From positions 736,001 through 800,000 of the forward strand of contig CAWHTE010000011.1 in NCBI GenBank assembly GCA_963832165.1: a DNA stretch of 64,000 nt. Reading direction: 5' to 3'. Made by a program: the position numbers and the translations under genes. The notes beneath the pieces were generated by a model. It was not told where the DNA came from. It saw nothing but the letters and a program-made list of their open reading frames with translations, and did no database searches. Shown one piece after another: positions 51,829 to 63,695 of this stretch. This DNA comes from an uncultured delta proteobacterium (lineage in GTDB: Bacteria; Myxococcota_A; UBA9160; SMWR01). How positions within the stretch are numbered: the first letter of the stretch is position 1; each line of letters begins with the position of its first letter.

Positions 51829-54800
51829 TGCGCGCGACCGATCTCTTCATCAAGCGGCCCGTGCTCGCGATCGTCGTCAACCTCGTGATCCTGATCGCAG
51901 GCTTGCAGGCGATCCGGTCGCTCTCCGTGCGGCAGTACCCGCGCAGCGATATCGCGGTGGTCAAGGTGGCGACCGCGTACGTCGGCGCCAACGCCGACCT
52001 CGTGCGCGGATTTGTCACGACGCCGCTCGAGCGCGTGATCGCGAGCGCCGACGGCATCGATTACGTGGAGTCCTCGAGCGCGCAGGGTCTCTCCACGATC
52101 ACCGTCCACCTGAAGCTCAACTACGACACCAACGCGGCGCTCACCCAGATCCAGGCGAAGGTGGCGCAGGTGCGCAACGACCTGCCGCCCGAGGCCGAGG
52201 CGCCCGAGATCGAGCTCGAGACGGCGGACAACCGTTTCGCCGCGGTGTACCTGGGCTTTTCGTCGGCGGATCTCGATCAGAACCAGATCACCGACTACCT
52301 GACGCGCGTCGTGCAGCCGCGGCTCTCCGCGATCAGCGGCGTCCAGCGCGCCGACATTCTCGGCGATCGCACGTTCGCGATGCGGATCTGGCTCGACCCC
52401 GAGAAGATGGCGGCGCGCGGCATCTCCCCGTCCGCGGTGCGGGACGTGCTCGCGCGCAACAACGCGCTGTCGGCGCTCGGGCGCACCAAGGGATCGATGG
52501 TGTCCGTGAACCTGGTCGCCAATACGGACCTGCGCACGCCCGAGGAGTTCCGCCAGCTCGTGGTGAAGCAAGAGAACGGCGTCGTCGTGCGGCTCGGCGA
52601 GATCGCGGAGGTCGTGCTAGGGGCCGAGAACTACGAGGAGGACGTCCGCTTCAACGGCGAGGCCGCGACCTTCATGGGCGTCTGGGTGCTGCCCACCGCG
52701 AACGCGCTCGAGGTCGTCGCCGCGGTTCGCGAGGTGATACCGGAGATCGAGGCGCAGCTGCCGACCGGAATGAAGGTTGGCATCCCCTACGACTCGACCG
52801 AGTACATCCGGGATGCCATCCACGAGGTGCTCTCGACGCTCACTGAGACGCTCCTGATCGTGGTGGCGGTGATCTTCCTGTTCCTCGGCTCGGTGCGCTC
52901 GGTCGTGATCGCGGTCGTCGCGATCCCGATCTCGCTCATCGGCGCGGTGTTCCTGATGCTCGTCGCCGGCTTCACGATCAACCTGCTGACGCTGCTCGCG
53001 ATCGTGCTGTCGGTGGGCCTCGTGGTCGACGACGCGATCGTGATGGTCGAGAACATCGAGCGGCACCTGCACTTGGGCAAGCGCCCGCACCGCGCGGCCA
53101 TCGACGCGGCGCGTGAGCTGCTCGGCCCGATCGTCGCCATGACGATCACGCTGGCCGCCGTGTACGCGCCGGTCGGCATCCAGGGTGGGCTGACCGGCTC
53201 GCTGTTCCGCGAGTTCGCGTTCACGCTCGCGGGCGCCGTGATCGTGTCGGGCGTGGTGGCGCTGACGCTCTCACCGATGATGGGCTCGAAGCTCCTGCGC
53301 GCGGGCGACAGCGAGCGCGGCTTCGCCGGCTGGATCAACCGGCGCTTCGAACGCGTTCGCCATGCCTATACCGCGCGCCTGTCGAATTCGCTGCGCTTCC
53401 AGCCGGTCGTGCTCGTGCTCTGGGCGATCGTGGTCGTCTCGATCGTGCCCTTCTACCGCTATTCGCAGCGCGAGCTCGCACCCGCCGAGGATCAGGGCGT
53501 GGTGTTCTCGATCATCCAGTCCGCGCCGAACGCGACGCTCGACCAGACGAAGCTCTTCACGGCGCAGATCCACGACGTCTATCGGTCGCTGCCCGAGGCC
53601 GCGAGCATCTTCCAGATCACTTCCCCGGCCGGCGGCTTTGGCGGAATGGTGACCGTGCCGTGGAGCGAGCGCAGCAAAACCGCACAAGAGCTGATGCTCG
53701 ATTCCACGAAGACGCTCTCGAAGATCCCGGGCATCCGCGCGATTCCGACGACTCCTCCGCCGCTGCCCGGCGGCGGCGACTTCCCGGTCGACCTCGTGAT
53801 CGCCTCGGCCGCGGAGCCGCGGCAGCTCGACGAGGTGGCCCGCGAGCTGATCGCGAAGGCGAGAGAGAGCGGACTGTTCATCTACGCCGACGCCGATCTC
53901 AAGTTCGATCAGCCCCAGAGCGAAGTCGTGTTCGACCGCGACAAGGTGCGCGTGCAGGGCGTCGACCTCCAGAAGGCCGGGCTCGACCTCGCCACGATGC
54001 TCGGCGGCGACTACGTCAACCGATTCAGCATCGATGGTCGCAGCTACAAGGTGATCCCGCAGATCCAGCGCGCCGATCGGCTCACGCCGGATCAGCTCGA
54101 GCAGATCCACGTCACGGGCGCGAACGGCAGGCTCGTGCCGCTGTCGACGTTCGCGAGCCTGCGGTCCTCCGCCGAGCCGCGCGAGCTCAAGAAGTTCCAG
54201 CAGCTGAACGCGGTGCGCGTGCAGGGAGTGATCCCGCCGACGGTTCCGCTCGACCGCGCGCTGAGCTTCCTCGAGCGCGAGGCGCGCAAGGCCTTGCCGC
54301 AGGGCTTCTCGATCGACTACGCAGGCGAGTCGCGCCAGCTGCGCGTGGAGGGCGGCCGGTTCCTCGGCACCTTCCTGCTCTCGGCGGTGCTGATCTATCT
54401 CGTGCTCGCGGCGCAGTTCGAGAGCTTCCGCGATCCCCTGATCATCCTCGCGGGCTCGGTGCCGCTCGCACTCGCCGGGGCGCTCGTGTTCTCGTTCCTC
54501 GGCTGGACGACGCTCAACGTGTACAGCCAGGTCGGACTGATCACGCTGGTGGGCCTCGTCTCGAAGAACGGGATCCTGATCGTGGAGTTTGCCAACCATC
54601 TCCAGGAGACCGGCAAGGACAAGCTCGCGGCGATCGTCGAGGCGTCGGCTACGCGCCTGCGCCCGATCCTCATGACCACGGCGGCGACCGTCGTCGGCCA
54701 CTTCCCGCTCGTGCTCGCGGCGGGTCCCGGAGCCGGCGCCCGCAACAGCATCGGCATCATGCTCGTCAGCGGCATGGTGATCGGGACGTTGTTCACACTG

Positions 54801-54941
54801 TTCGTCGTGCCGTCGATCTACATGCTCCTCGCGCGCGAGCACGCGCGGTCGGAGGCGGACGAGGCGCCGGCGCGGCTCGTGCGCCGACCGCAACCCGCGT
54901 GGGGGCGCGCGCAGATCGAGGCGGCGGCGCGCCGCATGTGA
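51828..54941 (+). CDS. RND efflux permease (AcrB family, MexW/MexI-like)
   Basis: FIKRPVLA, GLVVDDAIVMVENI, KNGILIVEFAN, RLRPILMT. Confidence 0.95.
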   Translation: MRATDLFIKRPVLAIVVNLVILIAGLQAIRSLSVRQYPRSDIAVVKVATAYVGANADLVRGFVTTPLERVIASADGIDYVESSSAQGLSTITVHLKLNYDTNAALTQIQAKVAQVRNDLPPEAEAPEIELETADNRFAAVYLGFSSADLDQNQITDYLTRVVQPRLSAISGVQRADILGDRTFAMRIWLDPEKMAARGISPSAVRDVLARNNALSALGRTKGSMVSVNLVANTDLRTPEEFRQLVVKQENGVVVRLGEIAEVVLGAENYEEDVRFNGEAATFMGVWVLPTANALEVVAAVREVIPEIEAQLPTGMKVGIPYDSTEYIRDAIHEVLSTLTETLLIVVAVIFLFLGSVRSVVIAVVAIPISLIGAVFLMLVAGFTINLLTLLAIVLSVGLVVDDAIVMVENIERHLHLGKRPHRAAIDAARELLGPIVAMTITLAAVYAPVGIQGGLTGSLFREFAFTLAGAVIVSGVVALTLSPMMGSKLLRAGDSERGFAGWINRRFERVRHAYTARLSNSLRFQPVVLVLWAIVVVSIVPFYRYSQRELAPAEDQGVVFSIIQSAPNATLDQTKLFTAQIHDVYRSLPEAASIFQITSPAGGFGGMVTVPWSERSKTAQELMLDSTKTLSKIPGIRAIPTTPPPLPGGGDFPVDLVIASAAEPRQLDEVARELIAKARESGLFIYADADLKFDQPQSEVVFDRDKVRVQGVDLQKAGLDLATMLGGDYVNRFSIDGRSYKVIPQIQRADRLTPDQLEQIHVTGANGRLVPLSTFASLRSSAEPRELKKFQQLNAVRVQGVIPPTVPLDRALSFLEREARKALPQGFSIDYAGESRQLRVEGGRFLGTFLLSAVLIYLVLAAQFESFRDPLIILAGSVPLALAGALVFSFLGWTTLNVYSQVGLITLVGLVSKNGILIVEFANHLQETGKDKLAAIVEASATRLRPILMTTAATVVGHFPLVLAAGPGAGARNSIGIMLVSGMVIGTLFTLFVVPSIYMLLAREHARSEADEAPARLVRRPQPAWGRAQIEAAARRM

Positions 54942-55121
54942 CACGGCGGTAGCGACGAACGCTATAGACTGGTGCACCTTTCCGGACAACAAGATGACCG
55001 GATCCTCCTCCCTTCCGGCGGCGCCGTGAACGACGACGCGATCGTCTTCGTCCTCGAACCGCAGGACTCGGAACGCCTACCCCCGAGCGAGCCCTCCGCT
55101 CGCCTAATGGAAGGAACACTC

Positions 55122-55865
55122 ATGTCTCTCAAGAATGCCTCGCGTGGTGTCGTGGCGATGATCGTGTTGGCGCTCGCTTCGGGCGCGCTCGCGCAGTCCA
55201 AGTCGTCGAGTGTCCTGCCCACGGGCGGCGGCAAGATGCTGCTCGATCCCAACGACACGGTGCTCCTGCTGCTCGATCATCAGTCCGGCCTGTTCCAGAC
55301 GGTCAAGGACGTGCCGATCGACGATCTGCGCCGGAACGTCGTGATGCTGGCCCGGCTCGCGACGCTGATGAAGATCCCCGTGATCACGACGGCATCGGAG
55401 CCGAACGGGACGAACGGGCCGATCATGCCCGAGATCGAGGAGTACGCGCCGAAGGCGACCTACGTGCCGCGCAAGGGCGAGGTGAATGCGTGGGACAACG
55501 AGGACTTCGTGAAGGCGGTCCAGGCCACCGGCCGCAAGACGCTGATCATGGCCGGCGTCTGGACGAGCGTGTGCGTGATGTTCCCGGCGCTCGATGCGAC
55601 GGCCGCGGGCTACAAGGTGTATGCGGTGATCGACGCGTCGGGCGACCCGAGCGAGATGGCGTCGCGGGTTTCGATCGCGCGCTTCGCCCAGGGCGGGGTG
55701 ATCCCGACCTCGACGAATGCGGTGCTCTCGGAGGTGCACCGAACCTGGAATCGGCCGGAGGCGGCCGAGCTCGCGAAGCTATACGCGCTGGTCGCGCCCA
55801 ACTACGCCGCCGTGGCCGAGAGCTATCAGAAGGCCCAGGACGTGGCGAAGCAGAAGAAGAAGTGA
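55122..55865 (+). CDS. Isochorismatase family hydrolase (YcaC-like) with signal peptide
   Basis: LLLDHQSGL, EVNAWDN, AGVWTSVCVMFPA. Confidence 0.9.
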   Translation: MSLKNASRGVVAMIVLALASGALAQSKSSSVLPTGGGKMLLDPNDTVLLLLDHQSGLFQTVKDVPIDDLRRNVVMLARLATLMKIPVITTASEPNGTNGPIMPEIEEYAPKATYVPRKGEVNAWDNEDFVKAVQATGRKTLIMAGVWTSVCVMFPALDATAAGYKVYAVIDASGDPSEMASRVSIARFAQGGVIPTSTNAVLSEVHRTWNRPEAAELAKLYALVAPNYAAVAESYQKAQDVAKQKKK

Positions 55866-57737
55866 CGGATCTGAACCGACGCGATTTCCTCGAGCTGGCG
55901 TTCGGTGCCGGCCTGGCGCTCGCCTCGGCCGGCCTCCCGCGCACGGCGCGGGCAGCCGGCGGCCCGGCCACGCTGATTCTCACGGGCGGCCGGATCGCCA
56001 CGATGGATCCCGCGCAACCGAGGGTCGAAGCGCTCGCGGTGCGCGATGGACGCGTGCTCGCGGCAGGCTCCGCCAAGTCCGTGATGGAGCACCGCGGCGC
56101 TGCGACGCGCGTGATCGAACTGCGCGGCCGCACCGCGATCCCGGGCCTGCAGGACTCGCACCTTCACGTGATCCGCGGCGGCCTCCACTACAACCTCGAG
56201 CTGCGCTGGGAAGGCGTGCGCTCGCTCGGTGAGGCGCTGGAGCGGCTGCGGATCCAGGCACAGAACACGCCGCCGCCGCAGTGGGTGCGCGTCGTGGGAG
56301 GCTGGAGCGAGTTCCAGTTTGCCGAGGGCCGCATGCCCACGCTCGACGAGCTCAACGCCGCGGCGCCGGAGACGCCCGTCTTCGTGCTCCACCTCTACGA
56401 CCGCGCGCTGCTGAACCGCGCGGCGCTGCGCGTGCTCGGCTACGACGAGCGTCCGCCGAGCTTCGATCGCGGCGTGATCGAGCGCGATGCGAAGGGGCGC
56501 ACGACGGGGATGCTCGTGGCGAAGCCCAGCGCCGCGATCCTCTACGGCACGCTGGGCCGAGCGCCCGTGCTCCCGCGCGAGGACCAGGTCAACTCGTCGC
56601 GCCACTTCATGCGCGAGCTGAATCGCCTCGGCGTGACCAGCGCGATCGACGCCGGAGGCGGTGGCCAGAACTATCCCGACGACTACGCCGTGATCCGGGA
56701 GATCGCGCGCGAAGGACAGATGACCGTGCGCGTGGGCTACGACCTGTTCGCGCAGAAGGCCGGCCAGGAGCTCGACGACTATCAGCCGCTGGATCGGCAT
56801 GACGCGGCCCGGCGACGGCGACGATTTCCTGCGCATGCTCGGCGCGGGCGAGAACCTCAGCTGGGCGGCCGCGGACTTCGAGAACTTCGTCGAGCCGCGG
56901 CCCGACCTCGCCGCGAGCATGGAGGCGCAGCTCGAGCCGATCGTACGGCTGCTTGCAGAGAAGCGCTGGCCGTTCCGGATCCACGCCACCTACGACGAGT
57001 CGATCTCGCGCTTCCTGTCGGTGTTCGAGCGGGTGAACACGGACGTTCCACTCCGCGGCCTGCACTGGTTCATCGACCACGCCGAGACGATCTCCCCGCG
57101 CAATCTCGAGCGCGTCCGCGCGCTCGAGGGCGGGATCGCGATCCAGCACCGCATGGCGTTCCAGGGCGAGTCCTTCGTCTCCCGCTACGGCAAGGAGGCG
57201 GCCTAACACACGCCGCCGATCCGTCGCATGCTCGAGATGGGGCTGCCCGTGGGCGCCGGCACCGATGCGACGCGCGTCGCGAGCCACAATCCCTGGGTGT
57301 GCCTCGGCTGGCTCGTCTCCGGCCGTACGCTAGGCGGCACCCTGCTCTATCCCGAGGCGAACCGGCTGGAACGCGACGAGGCGCTGCGGCTGTGGACGCG
57401 AGGCAGCGCGTGGTTCTCGTCGCAGGAGAACGCGAAGGGCGCGCTCGTCTCGGGCCAGCTCGCCGACGTGGCGGTGCTCTCGAAAGACTTCTTCTCCGTG
57501 CCCGAGGCCGAGATCTCGGCGATCCAGTCCGTGCTGACGGTCGTCGGCGGCAAGGTCGTATTCGCATCCGAGGAATTCGCTTCGCTCGCGCCGCCGCTTC
57601 CGCCGGTGAGCCCGTCGTGGTCGCCGGTGGCGCGCTTCGGCGGTGCGGTATCCGCGCCCGCACGACCGACGCCGCACGCGGCCGCCGGCCACTTCCACGC
57701 CACTAGCACGCTCGGCTGCGACTGCTTCGTCGCCTGA
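55862..57737 (+). pseudogene. Amidohydrolase_3 (YtcJ-like) with Tat signal; frameshift near 56785 and in-frame TAA 57204-57206
   Basis: NRRDFL, PGLQDSHLH, RIHATYDE, DHAET, GTDATRV, LGCDCF tail; spread over three ORFs. Confidence 0.85.
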
Positions 57738-57756
57738 CCCATCAAAGGAGGACCCC

Positions 57757-58581
57757 ATGAGCACGATCACCACGAAGGACGGAACGCAGATCTGGTACAA
57801 GGACTGGGGCAAGGGACAGCCCGTCGTCTTCAGTCACGGCTGGCCCCTGTGTGCGGATGCCTGGGACCCGCAGCTGATGTTCCTCGCCGAGCGCGGCTAC
57901 CGGTGCATCGCGCACGACCGCCGGGGCCACGGGCGCTCGAGTCAGCCGTGGCAGGGCAACGAGATGGATACGTACGCCGACGATCTCGCGGCACTCGTGG
58001 AGGAGCTGGACCTCGAGGACGCGATCCACGTGGGACATTCGACCGGCGGAGGCGAGGTGGCGCGCTACATCGGCCGTCACGGTACGAGTCGCGTCGCCAA
58101 GGCGGTGCTGATGGGCGCGGTGCCGCCGATCATGCTGAAGACAGCCGCGAATCCGGGCGGACTCCCGAAAGAGGTGTTCGACGGCTTCCGCTCGGCATAC
58201 CTCGCGGACCGCTCGCAGTTCTTCCTCGACGTCGCAAGCGGACCGTTCTTCGGGTTCAACCGTCCGGGAGCGAAGGTCTCGCAGGGGATGATCCAGTCGT
58301 GGTGGATGCAGGGCATGATGACCGGATACAAGAATGCGTACGACTGCATCGCCGCGTTCTCAGAGACGGACTTCACCGAGGACCTGAAGAAGTTCGACGT
58401 GCCGACGCTCATCCTGCACGGCGACGACGACCAGGTCGTGCCGATCGGTGCGTCGGCGCTGCTCTCGGCGAAGCTCGTGAGCGGGTCGACGCTCGAGGTG
58501 TATCCCGGCGGCTCGCACGCGCTCGGCGACACCAGCAGGGATCGGGTCAACGCGGATCTGCTCGCCTTCTGCAAGGCGTGA
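57757..58581 (+). CDS. cpo: Non-heme chloroperoxidase/arylesterase (alpha/beta hydrolase)
   Basis: [36 protein letters not shown]. Confidence 0.9.
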   Translation: MSTITTKDGTQIWYKDWGKGQPVVFSHGWPLCADAWDPQLMFLAERGYRCIAHDRRGHGRSSQPWQGNEMDTYADDLAALVEELDLEDAIHVGHSTGGGEVARYIGRHGTSRVAKAVLMGAVPPIMLKTAANPGGLPKEVFDGFRSAYLADRSQFFLDVASGPFFGFNRPGAKVSQGMIQSWWMQGMMTGYKNAYDCIAAFSETDFTEDLKKFDVPTLILHGDDDQVVPIGASALLSAKLVSGSTLEVYPGGSHALGDTSRDRVNADLLAFCKA

Positions 58582-59996
58582 TCGGGCGGCCTCACCGCCG
58601 CGCCGCCCGTGGCCTCTTGTGCCTGGGGCTCGGCCTCTCGCCGGGTGGTGCCGTCGCGCAGACGGCACCGCCCGCGGAGTGCCCGCGGCCCGAGATCGCG
58701 ACGTCGCGCTACGAGGAGGACTATGGCTTCCTCCGGGATCCCGCGTGCCGCACCGGGCTCTGGGATCCGATCAAGTACATCCCGCTCGTTCCATCCCTCG
58801 ACACGTATCTATCGCTCGGAGGCGACCTGCGCGAGCGCTACGAGCTGCTCGACCACCCCGATTTCAGCGATGCGAATCGGGACACCGACGGGTACCTGCT
58901 GCAGCGCTACATGGTGCACGCGGATCTCCACGTCGGCCCGCACTTCCGCGCGTTCGCGCAGCTCAAGAGCGGTCTCGAGGACGGCCGCACGGGGGGGCCG
59001 CGACCGACCGACGAGGACCGCCTCGATCTCCATCAGGCGTTCGGCGAGGCGATGATGGGCGCTGGCGCCGCTCAGCTATCGCTGCGGGCCGGCCGGCAGG
59101 AGGTGTCGTTCGGATCCTCGCGGCTGGTCAGCGTGCGGGAGGGCCCGAACGTGCGCCGCAGCTTCGACGGCGTGCGCGCGACGGTGGCGGCGCGCAGCTG
59201 GCGGCTCGACGGCATCGGGCTCGCGTCGGCGGAGATGGAGCGCGGCGAGTTCGACGACGACACCGATCGCGGCGAACGCCTGTGGGGCGTGTACGCGTCG
59301 GGGCCGGTGCGAGGCGCCGCGCTCGGACTCGACCTCTACTGGCTTGCGCTGCGCCGCGACGACGCCGGGTACGATCAGGGCACGCACAACGAGCGACGCC
59401 GCTCGATCGGCACGCGCATCTGGGGCGCGCCGGACGCGTGGGACTACAACTTCGAACTCGTCTACCAGTGGGGCTCGTTCGGACCCGGTGACGTCGAGGC
59501 CTGGACCGCGGCCTCGGACACCGGTTACACGATCACCGCGGTCCCGATGCAGCCCCGCCTCGGCTTGCGCGCGAACGCCACGAGCGGCGACCGCAGCCCG
59601 TCGAGTGACAAGCTCGAGACTTTCAACCCTCTGTTTCCGCGCGGATCCTACTTCGGCGAGGCCAGCCTGATCGGGCCGCAGAACCACATGGACCTGCATC
59701 CCGCGCTCGAGCTCCACGTGTTCGACCACGTGCAGCTCGCCGTGGACTGGGATTTCTTCTGGCGCACGAGCGCGGACGACGCGGTCTACCGTGTGTCGGG
59801 TGCGCCGCTCGTCTCGGGAAGCACGAGCCGGGAGCGCTATGTCGGGAGTCAGGGGTCGGTGACGATTGCTTGGCAGCCGCAGAGCCACGTCGAGATCGTG
59901 GGCACGTACGAACACTTCTTCGCGGGCCCGTTCCTCGACGACGCAGGCCGGCGCGACGTGAACTTCGTCGCGCTCTGGCTGAGCATCCGAATCTGA
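58578..59996 (+). CDS. Alginate-export family outer-membrane beta-barrel
   Basis: [48 protein letters not shown]. Confidence 0.88.
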   Translation: MIGRPHRRAARGLLCLGLGLSPGGAVAQTAPPAECPRPEIATSRYEEDYGFLRDPACRTGLWDPIKYIPLVPSLDTYLSLGGDLRERYELLDHPDFSDANRDTDGYLLQRYMVHADLHVGPHFRAFAQLKSGLEDGRTGGPRPTDEDRLDLHQAFGEAMMGAGAAQLSLRAGRQEVSFGSSRLVSVREGPNVRRSFDGVRATVAARSWRLDGIGLASAEMERGEFDDDTDRGERLWGVYASGPVRGAALGLDLYWLALRRDDAGYDQGTHNERRRSIGTRIWGAPDAWDYNFELVYQWGSFGPGDVEAWTAASDTGYTITAVPMQPRLGLRANATSGDRSPSSDKLETFNPLFPRGSYFGEASLIGPQNHMDLHPALELHVFDHVQLAVDWDFFWRTSADDAVYRVSGAPLVSGSTSRERYVGSQGSVTIAWQPQSHVEIVGTYEHFFAGPFLDDAGRRDVNFVALWLSIRI

Positions 59997-61396
59997 TGCG
60001 GCCGAGAGCCGCTGCGCTGTTCGCGTGCTTCCTGGTGCTCGCGTGCGCCCGTTTTCCGGCAAACGCACCGCTCGAGCACTTCGATCCCGCGTACGGCTAC
60101 CGCGTCGCCGCGACGTCGGGGGACACCGACGATTCCCAGCAGCTGCTCTTGATCGTCAACTTCTCGGGCGGCGGGACGCGCGCGGCCGCATTCGCGTACG
60201 GCGTGTTGCAGGCGATGCGTGAGGCGAAGGTGCGGTTCGATGGGCGGGAGCGCGCGCTCGCGGACGAGATCGACATCGTGTCCAGCGTCTCGGGCGGAAG
60301 CTTCACGGCCGCCTACTTCGCGCTCTACGGCGCGCGGGTCTTCGAGGATTTCGAACCGCGATTCCTGCGGCGCAACGTCCAGCGCGCGCTGATCTGGCGC
60401 GTGCTGGCGCCGTGGAACTGGGTGCGCCTCGCCTCGCCGTGGTTCGGCCGCAGCGATCTCGCCGCCGAGTACTACGACGCGCAGATCTTCCACGGGGCGA
60501 CGCTCGGCGACCTGCTTCAGGGCGACGGACCGGCGCTCTTGATCAACGCCACCGACATGACGCTCGCGGCGCGCTTCACGTTCGATCAGGAGCAATTCGA
60601 TCTCTTGTGCTCCGACACGCTGCACTTCCCGATCGCACGAGCGGTGGCGGCGTCCTCGGCGGTCCCGCTCGCGCTGTCGCCGATCACGCTGGAGAACTAC
60701 GCCGCGCGCGGCTGCGGGTACGAGTCGCCCGCGTGGGTGGGCGAGGAGATCGGACGCGGCTATTCGACCACGCGGCTGCACCAGGAGGCGCTGCGGATCG
60801 CGGAGTACCGCGCGGCGCCGAGTGAATCCTACGTGCACCTGCTCGACGGCGCGCTCGCCGACAACCTGGGACTGCGCTTGTCGATCGAGAAGGCGGTCGA
60901 GGCCGGCGGCTATGCGCGATTGGCCGAAGTCGGCGGCTTCAAGCGCTTCCGCCGCGTCGCGTTCCTCGTCGTGAACGCCCAGACCGGGTCGGTGCGCGAA
61001 TGGACCCGCTCGGCAAGCCCCCCTGGCGTGTTGGACGTGCTCACCTCCGCCACCACCGTGACGCTCAATCGCTACAACTACGAAACCGTCGATCTCTTCC
61101 GCGAGAACCTCGATCGCCTCGTCGCAGAGATCCGCGAGGCGCGCTGCCAGCCGCGAGGCGGCGCACCCGTCGCCTCCGACTGCGGTGACGTCGCGGCCCA
61201 TCTGATCGAGATCTCTTTCGCACAGCATCCCGACCCGGACGAGCGCAATTATCTGAACGAGCTGCCCACGGCACTCGCGCTCTCCGATGAACAGCTCGAC
61301 CGGACGATCGCAGCGGCGCGAAAGCTCCTCGAGGCATCGCCAGAGTTCCAGGCGCTATTGCGCGATCTGGCGCAGCTTCCCGGGCGCACGGAGTAA
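59996..61396 (+). CDS. Patatin-like phospholipase, probable lipoprotein
   Basis: VLAC lipobox-like, SGGGTRAA, SVSGGS, ASSAVP, LLDGA. Confidence 0.9.
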   Translation: MRPRAAALFACFLVLACARFPANAPLEHFDPAYGYRVAATSGDTDDSQQLLLIVNFSGGGTRAAAFAYGVLQAMREAKVRFDGRERALADEIDIVSSVSGGSFTAAYFALYGARVFEDFEPRFLRRNVQRALIWRVLAPWNWVRLASPWFGRSDLAAEYYDAQIFHGATLGDLLQGDGPALLINATDMTLAARFTFDQEQFDLLCSDTLHFPIARAVAASSAVPLALSPITLENYAARGCGYESPAWVGEEIGRGYSTTRLHQEALRIAEYRAAPSESYVHLLDGALADNLGLRLSIEKAVEAGGYARLAEVGGFKRFRRVAFLVVNAQTGSVREWTRSASPPGVLDVLTSATTVTLNRYNYETVDLFRENLDRLVAEIREARCQPRGGAPVASDCGDVAAHLIEISFAQHPDPDERNYLNELPTALALSDEQLDRTIAAARKLLEASPEFQALLRDLAQLPGRTE

Positions 61397-61473
61397 ACGT
61401 CACCTCCCGAGCACGCGTCCGCTAGTCTTCGCCTCGTGAGCCCTCTGCTGCGCGCTTCCGATCTCGAGCGCCG

Positions 61474-61635
61474 GAAGACCGGATGATCCCGCCGGTGGCA
61501 CAGCGCGCGATGGCGAAGCGCGCGGGCTCCACGGTGGTCGAGGTCTCGGGCAGTCACGCGGTCTATGTGTCGCAGCCGGCTCGCGTGGCCGCCCTGATCG
61601 AGGAGGCGGTCGCCACTGTGAAGGCGGGAGGCTGA
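61474..61635 (+). pseudogene. C-terminal fragment of an alpha/beta hydrolase
   Basis: EDRMIPPVAQRAMAKRAGSTVVEVSGSHAVYVSQPARVAALIEEA, then TGA; no N-terminus. Confidence 0.75.
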
Positions 61636-61645
61636 GGGAGGCATC

Positions 61646-62590
61646 ATGATGCGCGCGATTCTCGTTGCGTTGCTCGCTGCCGGCTCGCTCGCGACGCCGG
61701 TCCTTGCTCAACCGGCGCCGTTTCCAAAGGGCTTTCGCACGCAGGAGATCGCCACCAACGGCGCGACGCTCCACGTGCGCGTCGGCGGCGCCGGTCCGGC
61801 AGTCGTTCTGCTGCACGGCTATGGCGAGACGGGTGACATGTGGGCGCCGCTCGCCGCCGAGCTCGCGCGTGATCATCGCGTCGTCGTGCCCGATCTCCGC
61901 GGTCTCGGCCTCTCGTCGCGTCCGGCTGGCGGCTATGACAAGAAGACCCAGGCCGGCGACGTCGCGGGCGTGCTCGACGCGCTCGCGATCGAACGCGTGG
62001 ACCTCGTAACGCACGACATCGGGAACATGGTGGGGTTCGCGTTCGCGGCGCAGCACCCCGAGCGTGTCACGTCCTTCGTGATCATGGACGCGCCCGTGCC
62101 CGGCGTCGGGCCCTGGGAAGATGTGCTGAAGAACCCGCTGCTGTGGCACTTCCGGTTTGGTGGACCCGACATGGAGCGCCTCGTCGCCGGGCGCGAGCGG
62201 ATCTACCTCGATCGCTTCTGGAACGAGTTCTCGGCGGATCCCAAGAAGTTCAGCGAGGGATCGCGCCGCCACTACGCGAAGCTCTATGCGAAGCCCGGCG
62301 CGATGCACGCGGGCTTCGCGCAATTCGCCGCGTTCGATCAGGACGCCGTGGACAACCGCGCCTTCCTCGCGCAAGGCCGCCTCGCGATGCCGATGCTCGC
62401 GGTCGGCGGCGAGAAGTCGTTCGGCACGATGCAGGCGTTCATCATGCGCTTCGCCGCCGACGATGTGAAGGGAACGGTGATCCCCGACTCCGGTCATTGG
62501 CTGATGGAGGAGCAGCCGGCAGCGACGGTGGTCGCGGTTCGCTCCTTCCTCGATTCCCACGACGGCACGCGGTGCGATACACCAGAGTAG
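61646..62590 (+). CDS. Secreted alpha/beta hydrolase (epoxide hydrolase-like)
   Basis: Signal peptide; LLHGY, PDLRGLG, THDIG, SGHW. Confidence 0.92.
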   Translation: MMRAILVALLAAGSLATPVLAQPAPFPKGFRTQEIATNGATLHVRVGGAGPAVVLLHGYGETGDMWAPLAAELARDHRVVVPDLRGLGLSSRPAGGYDKKTQAGDVAGVLDALAIERVDLVTHDIGNMVGFAFAAQHPERVTSFVIMDAPVPGVGPWEDVLKNPLLWHFRFGGPDMERLVAGRERIYLDRFWNEFSADPKKFSEGSRRHYAKLYAKPGAMHAGFAQFAAFDQDAVDNRAFLAQGRLAMPMLAVGGEKSFGTMQAFIMRFAADDVKGTVIPDSGHWLMEEQPAATVVAVRSFLDSHDGTRCDTPE

Positions 62591-62666
62591 ATGGAGGCCG
62601 AAAGCACGGATCGCCAGATCAGGATAGGGTCGACGCAGACGACGTGAGTCGAAAGGAGGAGGTGGT

Positions 62667-63683
62667 ATGCGTGTCGCTCAGGTTTCAGTTCCGAATGGCC
62701 CCTTCGAGCTCGTCGAACGCCAGCTTCCCGAGCCGTCCCGCCATACTGTGCGTGTCGCGGTCGAGGCCTGCGGGATCTGTCACAGCGACGTGTTCACCAA
62801 GTCGGGCGAGTTTCCCGGCATGACGCTGCCGCGCGTGCCTGGCCACGAGGTGATCGGTCGCATCGATGCGATCGGGGCCGACGTGGAGGGATGGTCGATC
62901 GGCCAGCGCGTCGGCGTCGGGTGGCACGGCGGCTACTGCGGGCGGTGTGATCCGTGTCGACGCGGCCAGTTCTTCGCGTGTGTCACGGGTCCGTCGGTCA
63001 CGGGGATCTCGCACGACGGCGGCTACGGCGAATCCATGATTGCGCCCGCCACGTCGCTCGCGCGCGTACCCGCGGGCCTATCGCCGACCGACGCCGCCCC
63101 GCTCATGTGCGCGGGCGTGACGACGTTCAACGCGCTGCGCAACAGCGGTGCGCGCTCGGGCGACCTCGTCGCCGTCCACGGTCTCGGTGGTCTCGGCCAC
63201 CTCGGAGTGCAGTTCGCGAAGAAGATGGGCTTCCAGACCGTCGCCGTCGCGCGCGGTGCCGACAAGGCGCCGCTCGCGGCGTCGCTCGGCGCGGATCACT
63301 ACATCGACAGCACGGCGGAGGATCCCGCAAAGGCGCTCACTGCGCTGGGCGGCGCGCGCATCGTGCTCGCGACCGTCACCGACGGCGACGCGATGAGCGC
63401 CATGATCGGCGGCCTCGGCGTCGAGGGTGTCCTGCTGGTCCTCGGTGCGCCGCAGGCGCCGCTCGCGGTGCCCGCGTTCCCGCTGATCGCTGGGTGCCGC
63501 AGCTTGAAGGGATGGTATTCGGGAGTGTCGATCGACTCCGAAGACACACTCGCCTTCTGTGCGCGCACGGGCGTGCGCTCGATGAACGAAGTGGTGCCGC
63601 TGGCGAAAGTGACGGAAGGCTATGAGCGCATGTTGAGCGGCAAGGCGCGCTTCCGCGTCGTGCTCGCGGTGCGGGCGGGATAG
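62667..63683 (+). CDS. Zn-dependent alcohol dehydrogenase
   Basis: CGICHSD, PGHE, CGRCDPC..C, GLGGLGH. Confidence 0.95.
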   Translation: MRVAQVSVPNGPFELVERQLPEPSRHTVRVAVEACGICHSDVFTKSGEFPGMTLPRVPGHEVIGRIDAIGADVEGWSIGQRVGVGWHGGYCGRCDPCRRGQFFACVTGPSVTGISHDGGYGESMIAPATSLARVPAGLSPTDAAPLMCAGVTTFNALRNSGARSGDLVAVHGLGGLGHLGVQFAKKMGFQTVAVARGADKAPLAASLGADHYIDSTAEDPAKALTALGGARIVLATVTDGDAMSAMIGGLGVEGVLLVLGAPQAPLAVPAFPLIAGCRSLKGWYSGVSIDSEDTLAFCARTGVRSMNEVVPLAKVTEGYERMLSGKARFRVVLAVRAG

Positions 63684-63695
63684 CGCGCGTCGTCG